The position numbers and the translations under genes are program-made. Below, one piece after another: positions 43,557-53,327 of a stretch of DNA of 64,000 nucleotides. The DNA is from a virus (taxonomy: Duplodnaviria; Heunggongvirae; Uroviricota; Caudoviricetes). The stretch's first letter is position 1, and the number at the start of each line of letters is the position of its first letter. The DNA is taken from the IMG/VR virus record IMGVR_UViG_3300021387_000463, positions 107,001-171,000 of that record. One strand, 5' to 3'. The notes beneath the pieces were generated by a model that saw only the letters and a program-made list of their open reading frames with translations, ran no database searches and had not been told where the DNA came from.

Positions 43557-44351
43557 ATGAAAATTATAACACGAGGAAAAATCAAGGATTTTTATGACTA
43601 TCTAATGGGTGTCTTGGGGCAAGACGAATTGGTTGTATATGACCGTAGAGAATGTTTTCCAATTGACCCAACAAAGAAATGGGATAATTGCTACGACAGT
43701 AAGCACTGTTATCCTTGCTCTTGTTCTGATTATCAAAACAGCAACATAGAGAAATGGTTCAGTAAAAACCGTGTCTATGGTGATAAGAAAAGAGAAACCA
43801 TTCACAGATGGTCAACAAAGAAAGTTCTTGAGTATAAGGAACAGAAAGAGGCAACTGAAGGACTAAGCTGGCGTAAGAAAGACAGCGTTAGGAATTCTTG
43901 GCAAGACATCAAGGAAGGAGAAGTGTTTCATTTTGTTCTTGAGGTAGGCTACCACCATTATTATTTCGAGGTTGAAAGATACATCGATGATGAGGATGAA
44001 AACAGAATACACCTCAATTATGGACTTATAGAGAAGAAAGACATCAGCAAAGATGAAAAGATTTCTTATGCTCCAATATGTCTTTGTCCTATTTCACACC
44101 ACAAGTATTGGTATGCTGGTAGCAATGACCGTTTTGAGGTTAGTGAAAGGGATAGAGAACAAGCAATTGATAACCCTATCCTTTATTCTACATACATCCC
44201 CAAGTTCATTGATGCATATGAAATGTGGAATAACCTATATGAGTATATTTCATCATTGAGGGATAAGGATTTTGAAGATACAAGAACAAACGAACAACAC
44301 ATAGAATCACATGGATTTGACAAAAAAATCAGCTTCCGTCACAGAAAATGA
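43557..44351 (+). CDS. hypothetical protein (264 aa)
   Basis: ORF. Confidence 0.5.
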   Translation: MKIITRGKIKDFYDYLMGVLGQDELVVYDRRECFPIDPTKKWDNCYDSKHCYPCSCSDYQNSNIEKWFSKNRVYGDKKRETIHRWSTKKVLEYKEQKEATEGLSWRKKDSVRNSWQDIKEGEVFHFVLEVGYHHYYFEVERYIDDEDENRIHLNYGLIEKKDISKDEKISYAPICLCPISHHKYWYAGSNDRFEVSERDREQAIDNPILYSTYIPKFIDAYEMWNNLYEYISSLRDKDFEDTRTNEQHIESHGFDKKISFRHRK

Positions 44352-44406
44352 CTATAAACTTTTCATAAAACGTGTTGTGATACTGTTTTTGAAAGAGACT
44401 AAACTA

Positions 44407-44745
44407 ATGCATTATTGGTATGACTACACATTGTCAGCAGAATATTCTAATTTTCTTGATAATTATAGTCATACTCCAATTTGGTATGATAGGGAGGATT
44501 GTATGGAAGTCTTTGGTATGTGTGATTTCACTGGTTTTATAAATAAAAACTATAAAAAAATAGATTTTAATGTGTATTATCTCTTCGCTGTTTTTTTGGC
44601 GATATTTAATAAGGAAGAATACCAAAAATGGAACATTCGTCTTGGCAACGGTATAGATACTGAAGAATTCATTCTTAATATGAAGGGTGACTACTATTCT
44701 AAATTCATTGACAATTGGGTTAAACTTAAAAACGCCTTAGAATGA
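44407..44745 (+). CDS. hypothetical protein (start uncertain; ORF opens at 44311)
   Basis: ORF. Confidence 0.4.
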   Translation: MHYWYDYTLSAEYSNFLDNYSHTPIWYDREDCMEVFGMCDFTGFINKNYKKIDFNVYYLFAVFLAIFNKEEYQKWNIRLGNGIDTEEFILNMKGDYYSKFIDNWVKLKNALE

Positions 44746-45026
44746 AAATTAATATTGAACTTAGTGATGAAGATGTAGCAAACGTACTTGCAATATCCAA
44801 TTTCGTGACTGAGAAAGTGCTTGTTTGGTACAATAAACTAGATGATGATTGCTATCATCTTGAGGAACTAGGCAGTTATCAGATGGTGGTAGCTTATCCG
44901 AAGTATCATAGACCAGAAATTCTTGAGAAGGAAAAAATCATGGTCGATGATGTTAAGCACATGGGAGTAACAGAAGTTGTCAATGAGCTTTTCAATGAGT
45001 TGCTTATCAATAAACTTTGGAAATAA
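44742..45026 (+). CDS. hypothetical protein (94 aa)
   Basis: ORF, ATGA overlap. Confidence 0.45.
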   Translation: MKINIELSDEDVANVLAISNFVTEKVLVWYNKLDDDCYHLEELGSYQMVVAYPKYHRPEILEKEKIMVDDVKHMGVTEVVNELFNELLINKLWK

Positions 45027-45063
45027 CATCGCAGTTGACCCAAATAAATTTAAAATATAAGAA

Positions 45064-45399
45064 ATGAAAACGTTTTTAGATTATTACAAGACTTATCAAA
45101 AAGATAAAAGTTTTAGGTTTTCACTTTACTACATTGTAAAGGGTAAATCACCAAGAGTTGAAGAAAGTGATGGTTGCACATTTCGCACTGATAACGATGG
45201 GTGGATAAGTATCTGTAGACCACCACAAAAAGGATGGGGTTGGATGAGGCGTGTAATGCATAATGCGTGTCCAATGTATTTTGGATTGTTTAAAAAGGAA
45301 GAAGACCTTAATACTTCCATACTCAAAGACAATTGGAATCACACAGCAAAAACAGCATATCTAAACAAGGAGGATGCAGAAAAAGAATTAATAAAATAG
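45064..45399 (+). CDS. hypothetical protein (111 aa)
   Basis: ORF. Confidence 0.5.
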   Translation: MKTFLDYYKTYQKDKSFRFSLYYIVKGKSPRVEESDGCTFRTDNDGWISICRPPQKGWGWMRRVMHNACPMYFGLFKKEEDLNTSILKDNWNHTAKTAYLNKEDAEKELIK

Positions 45400-45446
45400 G
45401 TCAACACCTATATTATTACCTAAACTTTTTAGTTAACATAAATTAA

Positions 45447-45478
45447 CGTGGGATTTTTGGAAATCTCACGTTTTTTTT
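45447..45478 (+). terminator. terminator hairpin whose loop carries the -33 TTTG of the next promoter
   Basis: cgtgggatttttggaaatctcacg + tttttttt, then tatacctttgca. Confidence 0.5.
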
Positions 45479-45514
45479 ATACCTTTGCACAAAGTTTAAT
45501 CAAAAACATTTTTT

Positions 45515-46048
45515 ATGACCAATTTTAAGATTATTGCTTGCATTAACCAAAAGAGGGTTTTAGGTAACGATGGTAAGCTATTGTATCACATTGGTAACGA
45601 CTTAGCCAATTTCAAACGTATGACAGTTGGCAATGTTGTAATCATGGGTAGAAAGACCTTCGAATCACTGCCAAATGGTGCGCCATTGAAGGACAGAATT
45701 AACATTATTATTACTAGTAATGAGGAGTATGGTGTTGACGCAAATTTTGAAAATGTGTACATCGTACACTCAGTGGAAGATGCAATTGAGTTATGCGATG
45801 CTTTCTTCTCAGATAAGGAAGTATTCGTTATTGGAGGTGAGAGCATTTATCGTCAGTTCATGGAGAAAGACCTTGTTAATGAAATGAGGTTGACTATCGT
45901 AAACGATGATGCTGATGGTAATGCTGTGTTTCCAGAGTATAATGAAGAGGATTGGTATGTGTACTACAAATCAATGGCTCAAGTTAGCTCATGGGAGGGT
46001 GTTGATAAATCATTCTATTTTGAAGTTCTATTGAAAAAGAAAGAATAA
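45515..46048 (+). CDS. folA: dihydrofolate reductase
   Basis: IIACINQKRVLGNDGKLLYHIGNDLANFKRMTVGNVVIMGRKTFESLP...VFVIGGESIY matches DHFR signature blocks. Confidence 0.75.
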   Translation: MTNFKIIACINQKRVLGNDGKLLYHIGNDLANFKRMTVGNVVIMGRKTFESLPNGAPLKDRINIIITSNEEYGVDANFENVYIVHSVEDAIELCDAFFSDKEVFVIGGESIYRQFMEKDLVNEMRLTIVNDDADGNAVFPEYNEEDWYVYYKSMAQVSSWEGVDKSFYFEVLLKKKE

Positions 46049-46407
46049 TGGTTGAAAACAATGAAATCGCAGAAACATTATTGTCACGTGAGTCCATTGT
46101 AAGTAGGGCAAAGGAAAAATGGGATGCTAAACCTAGTGCTGAAAAAGTTCGTTCAAGTCACAAGTACAAGCATATCTTCGAGAAGCTTCAGTTACCATCT
46201 GTTGATTGGGACAATGAATTTTCCAAACTCTCTAAAAGTCAGACTAACATTCTGATAAAAGGTGAATTGATTCGTACATATGATTCAATGCCGAATAGGG
46301 TAAAAACAAAAATCAAAAACCAATTTGGATTATCATCTTTCTCAAGCAAGTGGTTCAGACTATCCCCTAGTGACAAAAAGATTTTGCTTAATTCTATACT
46401 AAGATGA
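46048..46407 (+). CDS. hypothetical protein (119 aa)
   Basis: ORF, TAATGG overlap. Confidence 0.45.
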   Translation: MVENNEIAETLLSRESIVSRAKEKWDAKPSAEKVRSSHKYKHIFEKLQLPSVDWDNEFSKLSKSQTNILIKGELIRTYDSMPNRVKTKIKNQFGLSSFSSKWFRLSPSDKKILLNSILR

Positions 46408-46655
46408 AGGAAAGCAAAAACGAAAAGTTTAAGAGAGATTATAGGGATATATGTTATTTCGTTGACCACGTTAAAAATGTAGATTTTAGGATTAGTCTTA
46501 TCAAGAGCCTTGGTTACAAAATCGGTGTTAACATCGTTAAGGAAGGATTCGATAAGGAGAAGACAATCACATTAGGTAAGCGAAAAGAGTACAGAATACA
46601 GATTGCTCCAGTTTTACCACATTCGCCATTAGTGCAGTGTGCAATAGTGGAATAA
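46404..46655 (+). CDS. hypothetical protein (83 aa)
   Basis: ORF. Confidence 0.45.
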   Translation: MKESKNEKFKRDYRDICYFVDHVKNVDFRISLIKSLGYKIGVNIVKEGFDKEKTITLGKRKEYRIQIAPVLPHSPLVQCAIVE

Positions 46656-46688
46656 CTTGTATTAATAAAAGTTAAAGTTTTGTCAATA

Positions 46689-46721
46689 TTTTGGTTTAAT
46701 TAAAAAAATACTATATCTTTG
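46689..46721 (+). promoter_or_regulatory. Bacteroidetes-type promoter
   Basis: aTTTGgtttaattaaaaaaatacTATATCTTTGca. Confidence 0.55.
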
Positions 46722-46748
46722 CAAAAAATAATCAAACGTATATTAGAA

Positions 46749-48299
46749 ATGAATGACTCTAAAGAATTAAATGAGAAGAAAGAGGGTATCGTTGATACCA
46801 CTCCAAAGGGAGAAGAGCAGACAACTACTCCTAAAGTAGATAATAACTCTGAGGGTACTAAGGAAGTATCTGGTGAGATTGTCTCAGTTATTCTCGACAA
46901 GGAAGTTTCCGTCCGTTTCGATGACAAGGAAGGGGCTGTATTACCTTATGACAAATTTAAGGAGAAGCCTATGGTTGGTGACACCGTAACGGTACGTCTT
47001 GAAAAGAAGAACAATGATATGGTGGTAACTGACATCGTATCACATGAGAGACCCAATAAGGAGTCTGAAACATCTAATGAGGAAGATGATGTGGAAGAGG
47101 TTGAAGTAGAGACCGACCCCATCGATGATGAAATGGACTTAGCCTATCTGGACAAGGACTTTGTTCTTGAAACTATGTCCGTTCCTAGTGATACCCACAA
47201 CGAGTTTCGTTTGGTAGTTTACGTCATTCAGTTTGCAAGACGTAACGGCATCAAGTATGAATTTGACGATTACGGTAACGTATATCTTACAAAGGGTGAG
47301 CTTGCCGAAGGTGAGTATTATCCTTGTGTAACCTCTCACCTTGATAGTGTTCAGCATAAGCAGCAGCCTTACATCTTTGCTGGTGTTCCTCTTGACCTTA
47401 AGTGTGAACGCACTAAGGACAATGAGCATAAGGTCTTTGTAGATACCAAGGGACAAGACCGAATTGGTATCGGTGCTGACGATAAGGGCGGTGTATGTAT
47501 CTGTCTTTCAATGTTTGAACACCTTGAGAAGCTTAAGGCTTGTTTCTTCCTTTGTGAAGAGATAGGTTGCCTTGGTTCTAAGGAGCTTAACAAGGAGTGG
47601 TTCAAAGACGTTGGTTACTGTATCGGTTATGACTCTCCAGATTTGATTCGTGCTGCATGGTCATGCGCAGGTGTCAAGCTCTTCTCCTACGAGTTCTATG
47701 AGAAGTGGATGAAGCCAGTGTGTGATGAGTGGGGTCTTAAGGACTGTTTCTACTCAGAGCCTATCACTGACGTGATGGAGATTCGTAAGCAAGTTGGTGT
47801 TATGTGTATGAACTTTGGTAATGGTGGTTACAACGCTCACTCAGAGAGCGAGTACATCATTCTAGAGCACATGGACCACGCTTGTGGTATGGGTCTTGCT
47901 CTTATTGACCATATCGGTTGTACACGTCACTACTTGAAGCACACATCTTCAACTTATGGTACATCTAAGGGTACATACAAGAAAGAGGGTGGCTTCTATA
48001 TCCGCACTGATGTGGATGATACCAAGCAGTTAGAGAGTCTTGGTGACAACAAGCGTAGAGGTACAACCACATATTACGGTGGTAGCGGTTATAACTCTAA
48101 TCGTAGCACTGTTACCAAGGATGAACAGCTCAACTTTGAGATTGTTAAGTATATTGTCAATCGTTACGATGGACATATCTTGGCAATCAAGGACGAGGTG
48201 CTTGAGGCAATCAAGGGCATCTGTGAGAAGTCAGGTGTTGACTACTCATTGTTCGAGACAGAGGTGAGTGAGAAATTCAGTAATGATATTAAATTTTAA
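46749..48299 (+). CDS. M20/M28/M42-like metallopeptidase with acidic N-terminal domain
   Basis: IGIGADDKGGVCI, HSESEYIILEHMDHACGMGL; start placed after the -7 box. Confidence 0.45.
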   Translation: MNDSKELNEKKEGIVDTTPKGEEQTTTPKVDNNSEGTKEVSGEIVSVILDKEVSVRFDDKEGAVLPYDKFKEKPMVGDTVTVRLEKKNNDMVVTDIVSHERPNKESETSNEEDDVEEVEVETDPIDDEMDLAYLDKDFVLETMSVPSDTHNEFRLVVYVIQFARRNGIKYEFDDYGNVYLTKGELAEGEYYPCVTSHLDSVQHKQQPYIFAGVPLDLKCERTKDNEHKVFVDTKGQDRIGIGADDKGGVCICLSMFEHLEKLKACFFLCEEIGCLGSKELNKEWFKDVGYCIGYDSPDLIRAAWSCAGVKLFSYEFYEKWMKPVCDEWGLKDCFYSEPITDVMEIRKQVGVMCMNFGNGGYNAHSESEYIILEHMDHACGMGLALIDHIGCTRHYLKHTSSTYGTSKGTYKKEGGFYIRTDVDDTKQLESLGDNKRRGTTTYYGGSGYNSNRSTVTKDEQLNFEIVKYIVNRYDGHILAIKDEVLEAIKGICEKSGVDYSLFETEVSEKFSNDIKF

Positions 48300-48308
48300 T
48301 CTAATATT

Positions 48309-50837
48309 ATGATAGGTACAAGCATTAGAAGCGTCAGACACTTATTCAGAGTGTCTGATGCCTCTTTGAAAACAGTTCTTATTAAGTTCAAGGAAAACGC
48401 ATGGGATATTTGTAAGGTAGTTAAATTCCCTAAAGGTAGTGCATTTGGAGAAACTATGTTTATCTTCAATAACTACATTCGTCAAAGCCATTGGAGTTTT
48501 GACTCAATTCTTGTGTCAAATGAATTCAGAAAACTTTTCAAAATAGAAGACGTAACTGCTTATGCTTGTCGTGCCATATCTGTTAACAGCAGTGAATTTT
48601 CCTCTTTGGCTGGATATTTCCAAGAGATTACCTTACTTCCAGATTCTTTCGAAAGTGATTACGAAAAGTTCTTGAAAGACAATAACAAGATGGTGACAAA
48701 CTTGTGCAGCAAGTATGGCATTGCCACAAGGGACATTAAGATGAAAAGACTATACATCTATTCTGATGGTTCTAAGAACTTCTTCCAGTGGGCAGTAAAC
48801 TCTTACTATCAGAATGGAACATCTATGTCTGTGCTCAAGAATATTCTCCTTTGGAACGAATCTTATAAACAGCTTTCAAAGAACTTAGAGAAGGGTACAA
48901 TTACGGCATATACGTCAAAGGATTCAATCGTTAAGCTCTTAAAGGAGTTGGTAGAGTTGAGAAAAGAGAAGAGAATTAACGACTCAATCAACTCATTCAA
49001 CACAGCGCAGAAGAAACTCTTCAAGAGCAATAAATTGGCTGATGCGGATAAGCAAGCCCTCTGGCGTCTTTCACGTCTTTCAGAGACAAAGAGAATTAAT
49101 TTCATCAAAAAAGTATCATCAATTACCGATTTCAATGAGTTATTGAGACAGCTTCGTTTTGCGACTAGCGTACATTTCTCATGGAATAAGGAATCATTCA
49201 TGGACTTTCTTGAGAATGTTGAGGGTATCAAATACGAGAAGATATACGACAACGAAAAAGTTGTTCTTGTTAAGGTTATCGATTACGAAACCATTAAGCA
49301 GCTTGGTAAGACCACTAACTGGTGTATCTCCAAGAACAAGTCATACTGGAACAACTATATCGAAAACTATCATGGTGTAACCACACAGTATATGATTTTC
49401 GACTTCTCTAAGTTAGAGGATGACAAATTATCTATTGTTGGATTCACCACAACTCGCAACAAGGGTATCACTTCAGCTCATAACTTTGTTAATGAGAATC
49501 TTATGGGTGGCGAAGAGGGAGAGCAAGTATTCCTTAACTCATTTATATCTAGGTTCAAGGAATCCAAGAACATCTATTCTGTGCTTGCAGATGATGGTAT
49601 CGATATTACCCTTGTTGTTCAGTATGACATGCCACCTTATAAGTGGGATGAAAACAGCCTCATGGACTACTTGTATGAGTGTGTAAATCCAGAGAATGTT
49701 GATGTCATTAAGAAGAGTGAAGGTAAAGTTGTTCTTTCCATCACGGATGAAAATATCCGTTACTTCCTTGGTGATGCATACCATGACAATATCCCAAGCG
49801 ATTATTGGAATTATCAGCACATCTTGTTCATTGATTTCAACAAGAGCGTATATGATGTTAACAAACTTCAGTTCGCAATTATTGAGGAAGGTGGCGGTGA
49901 TGAGGACTATTGCATGGGTCTGTACAATGAGAGGGCACTTGGTGCTAATCAGAACTTTGACACAAAACTTATTGAGTTCGGTTTGCCGTACAATACAATA
50001 AGACGTACAAATGACCCTTACGTAAGACTGAGAAATGGTTTGTTCTCATACAACACACCAATGATTAAGGCTTGTGTGGCTGAGTGTGGTAAGGATGTTA
50101 TCAAGAAGATGATTACTAAGGATGTTGGTACTGATACATTCTATGACATGATTCTCAGAACAGTAAGAAACCACATGTCATTTGACTATCTCAACCTTAT
50201 CTATGACAATGGTCTTAAGTTGACAGATATATTCTCAGCAAGTTATGTTGGTGATATACTCAAACAGTTTGTCCATGACATGAGGAACTTGAGTAGAGCA
50301 ACTACCATGTTCAAGAATATCAAGGCTGTAAGCGAAGAGAACATCAAGAACTTCTATGATGGGAATTATGGAAGGGATGATACCAAGTATATCGGTTTCT
50401 TTGTTGCAATCAAGATGATTATTGACAAGGAGAAAGGTCTATCGAGCCGAGACTATAATTCAATGTTCAAGAGGACTTTGAACTTTATAGCAAACGATAG
50501 CAAGAATTCCCAGCTCTATGACGAGTTGTTTAACATGTTCAAGGACAAGATGGATTATTCATTAGCAGATGACGCAACATATTGTATTATCAAGTATGCG
50601 ATTTACCGCGGTGGTGAAGAGACAAAGAAATTCATCGAAAACAAGACCAAGGAATCTTCGAATGTAAAGAAATACTATGAGACCATCAAGAGGGACTTTG
50701 AGAAATTAACTACCTCTTCAAAGGTGAATAGTGCTAGCGCAAGAAATAATGGAGTATATACAGTTCGTCTTGAGAATCCTATAGACCATCTTGAGTTTGA
50801 ATATGCAGTAGCTCCAAACGGTGATATTGGATTCTAA
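48309..50837 (+). CDS. large hypothetical protein, paralog A (842 aa)
   Basis: shares the central block TNWCISKNKSYWNNY...FDFSK...GFTTTRNKG with 51127-53187 (TKWCITREESYFRQY...FDFGR...GFTMENGRG). Confidence 0.65.
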   Translation: MIGTSIRSVRHLFRVSDASLKTVLIKFKENAWDICKVVKFPKGSAFGETMFIFNNYIRQSHWSFDSILVSNEFRKLFKIEDVTAYACRAISVNSSEFSSLAGYFQEITLLPDSFESDYEKFLKDNNKMVTNLCSKYGIATRDIKMKRLYIYSDGSKNFFQWAVNSYYQNGTSMSVLKNILLWNESYKQLSKNLEKGTITAYTSKDSIVKLLKELVELRKEKRINDSINSFNTAQKKLFKSNKLADADKQALWRLSRLSETKRINFIKKVSSITDFNELLRQLRFATSVHFSWNKESFMDFLENVEGIKYEKIYDNEKVVLVKVIDYETIKQLGKTTNWCISKNKSYWNNYIENYHGVTTQYMIFDFSKLEDDKLSIVGFTTTRNKGITSAHNFVNENLMGGEEGEQVFLNSFISRFKESKNIYSVLADDGIDITLVVQYDMPPYKWDENSLMDYLYECVNPENVDVIKKSEGKVVLSITDENIRYFLGDAYHDNIPSDYWNYQHILFIDFNKSVYDVNKLQFAIIEEGGGDEDYCMGLYNERALGANQNFDTKLIEFGLPYNTIRRTNDPYVRLRNGLFSYNTPMIKACVAECGKDVIKKMITKDVGTDTFYDMILRTVRNHMSFDYLNLIYDNGLKLTDIFSASYVGDILKQFVHDMRNLSRATTMFKNIKAVSEENIKNFYDGNYGRDDTKYIGFFVAIKMIIDKEKGLSSRDYNSMFKRTLNFIANDSKNSQLYDELFNMFKDKMDYSLADDATYCIIKYAIYRGGEETKKFIENKTKESSNVKKYYETIKRDFEKLTTSSKVNSASARNNGVYTVRLENPIDHLEFEYAVAPNGDIGF

Positions 50838-50842
50838 ACGCT

Positions 50843-51028
50843 ATGTTTAAAATAATTCTACTTTTTATAGCAATAGGCTTTACTGTTTTTTCAGTGAATT
50901 ATAAGTTTAGCAAAGCAGTAAGGTTTATTGCTTACAACGAAGAAGAAACCCAAGCTGGGGCTTATGCGGACATCTTTCTTTGTATAGGTATCACAGTTCT
51001 GTGGACAATATATTTTTCACTATTTTAA
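50843..51028 (+). CDS. small membrane protein (61 aa)
   Basis: two TM helices. Confidence 0.45.
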   Translation: MFKIILLFIAIGFTVFSVNYKFSKAVRFIAYNEEETQAGAYADIFLCIGITVLWTIYFSLF

Positions 51029-51126
51029 GGTTTGTTAACTTGAAAAATTTGTTATTCAATATTTTTTTGTATAACTTTGCATCGACAAACAATTTTTGAA
51101 ACAAAACATACTTAATAGAATAAAAC

Positions 51127-53187
51127 ATGACTTACAACAAGAAACAAATGCAGCCTTTGATTGATAAGTATGCTATCAATCCTGAGACTAACAAGCTGTT
51201 TGCTAGTGTTTGTGAAATGTTTGACGGACAGCCAAACTATCAGATTTGGGCAGTAAAGATGGTTTTCTCCAAATCATTAAACATGGACCAGCTTGAAGCA
51301 ATTCACGAATGGGTCACTAAGAACCAAACCCTAGTGAAATCACTTGAGAAACAGAACATTGTATCTTATTCAACAAAGAATGCTATTTCTCAGTTATTCA
51401 ACGAAATGAATGGTCTTGATAACCTTTCAGTTATTAAAGATACAATCAGTCGCTTCAATACTGACCAGAGAAAGATGCTTACTAGCAGCTTGCTTCCAAG
51501 AGAGTATACTGCATTAGAGGGATATTCTAACCCTAACATTAAAAAGTGGGCTGACATCTTTAGAAAGTTCAACCGTCTTCCATTTGACCGTAAGAACAAG
51601 TTCTTCAGTAACTGTTCTAAGTTGAGAGACCTTAACAATTTGCAGAGTGCCATCGTTACTTGTCTTGAGACATCATACGAATGGAACAAGGAAGACCTTT
51701 TGGCATACGTAGCAAACGTGACAACTGACTGTGAGGTTGTGCTCGACAATGGTAACTTCGTTATCGTTCATGTTCCTTCATTCAAGTCAAGTAAACTTCT
51801 TTGTGGTAATGGACGTACCAAATGGTGTATCACTCGTGAAGAGAGCTACTTCCGTCAGTACGTGACTGACCAGAGCAATAGAGACCAGTACTTCTTGTTC
51901 GACTTTGGCCGTAAGGAAAGTGATGCATTCGCACACATCGGTTTCACAATGGAGAATGGACGTGGCTTCTACTGCGCTCAGACTTGTAACAACTCTAGTA
52001 TGGTAGGTGGTTACACACAGAATGGTGAGACCCTTAACATCAGCCAAGCACTTGAGAGAGCTGGTTGTAAGATGTCTCTCTTCTTACGTCTTAACGCTCT
52101 TGTGAACTACAAGTGGGAACTTGATTCTATTGTGAATCTCATTAAGAGCAAACCAAACGATTTCGCCATTGCTTATGAGAAAGATGGACGTTTGATTATC
52201 AACGTTCTTAACACTCAAGCAGTTAAGACCCTTATCGGTCACTCACTCATTAACAATAGCAATTTCATAGTTGACAACAATAACAAGGTGTACGTATTCA
52301 TTGACACCAATGTTAAGTATAACGATGATAGGGCACTTATCGCAATGCACTATCAGAAAGACCAATACGGTACTCTCTCATTGAAGAGAATGTGTGACCC
52401 ATTCAACACCGATATTACCAAGGCTGGTTATTTGTCAAAGGTTGGTATTACCACTGACAACTATCTCAACCGTGAGGCTATCGACCCACAAGTATTGCTT
52501 CACAAGCTTATCGATGAGAACGATGAGATTGGCGCATTGAAACTTCTTGAGAAAGAGGGTAAGGACTTTAACGTCAACTACGAGTTCAATCAGAGAATTC
52601 CTATTATCTCTGCTGTGAACAACAAGATGTACAACTTGTTCGAGAAGATTGTAAGCCATCCTAAGTTTGATTCTTCAATCGAGGACGGTTTCGGTGAGAC
52701 CCTTCTTGAGTCACTTATTTATCTCTATGGTAGTGACGAGATTTCAGCCTCTAAAGAGGAAGAGAAGTCTCTTAAGAGAATGATTACCGCAATCTTGAAG
52801 TCTGATACATACGACTTCAACGCGAAAGACCTTAACTCTGACACTGCAATCAACATTGCATGTGAATATCCAAAGATGCTGTGGATTGTTGAGGCTCTTG
52901 CATCTAAGAAGAGTGTTGACATCAACATTGTTAATGATTTTGAGTGTGCAGCCCTTGGTGACTGTATCCGTAATAAGAACCTTGAAGCATTGAAGATTAT
53001 CGGTAAGAGACCTGATGTTAAGGTTAGGGAAGAGGATAAGAAACTCGCTAAGACCTATGGCATCAACTTGGGTGACTACATCAAGCCTGATGAGAAGATT
53101 TTCGGTAGTTTCAAGTTCGAGGAAACTGAGGACGATGGTAAGACCACATCTAAGTCAGAAATGGAAATGGCTATGGCTGCTTCATAA
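51127..53187 (+). CDS. large hypothetical protein, paralog B (686 aa), C-terminal ankyrin-like repeats
   Basis: paralog of 48309-50837; own promoter at ~51040-51090. Confidence 0.65.
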   Translation: MTYNKKQMQPLIDKYAINPETNKLFASVCEMFDGQPNYQIWAVKMVFSKSLNMDQLEAIHEWVTKNQTLVKSLEKQNIVSYSTKNAISQLFNEMNGLDNLSVIKDTISRFNTDQRKMLTSSLLPREYTALEGYSNPNIKKWADIFRKFNRLPFDRKNKFFSNCSKLRDLNNLQSAIVTCLETSYEWNKEDLLAYVANVTTDCEVVLDNGNFVIVHVPSFKSSKLLCGNGRTKWCITREESYFRQYVTDQSNRDQYFLFDFGRKESDAFAHIGFTMENGRGFYCAQTCNNSSMVGGYTQNGETLNISQALERAGCKMSLFLRLNALVNYKWELDSIVNLIKSKPNDFAIAYEKDGRLIINVLNTQAVKTLIGHSLINNSNFIVDNNNKVYVFIDTNVKYNDDRALIAMHYQKDQYGTLSLKRMCDPFNTDITKAGYLSKVGITTDNYLNREAIDPQVLLHKLIDENDEIGALKLLEKEGKDFNVNYEFNQRIPIISAVNNKMYNLFEKIVSHPKFDSSIEDGFGETLLESLIYLYGSDEISASKEEEKSLKRMITAILKSDTYDFNAKDLNSDTAINIACEYPKMLWIVEALASKKSVDINIVNDFECAALGDCIRNKNLEALKIIGKRPDVKVREEDKKLAKTYGINLGDYIKPDEKIFGSFKFEETEDDGKTTSKSEMEMAMAAS

Positions 53188-53212
53188 CCAACTCCATGAA
53201 AAACATAGAAAA

Positions 53213-53246
53213 AGTGATATGCAATGGACACATATCACTTTTTTTA
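53213..53246 (+). terminator. rho-independent terminator
   Basis: agtgatatg-caatggaca-catatcact + ttttttt. Confidence 0.55.
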
Positions 53247-53256
53247 TTCCCAAAAA

Positions 53257-53288
53257 TTTGGAAATTAACAAAAATATACATATCTTTG
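53257..53288 (+). promoter_or_regulatory. Bacteroidetes-type promoter
   Basis: aaaTTTGgaaattaacaaaaatatacaTATCTTTGca. Confidence 0.55.
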
Positions 53289-53327
53289 CATATATAAGCA
53301 ATATGTTGAACTTAAACCTAACAAAAA

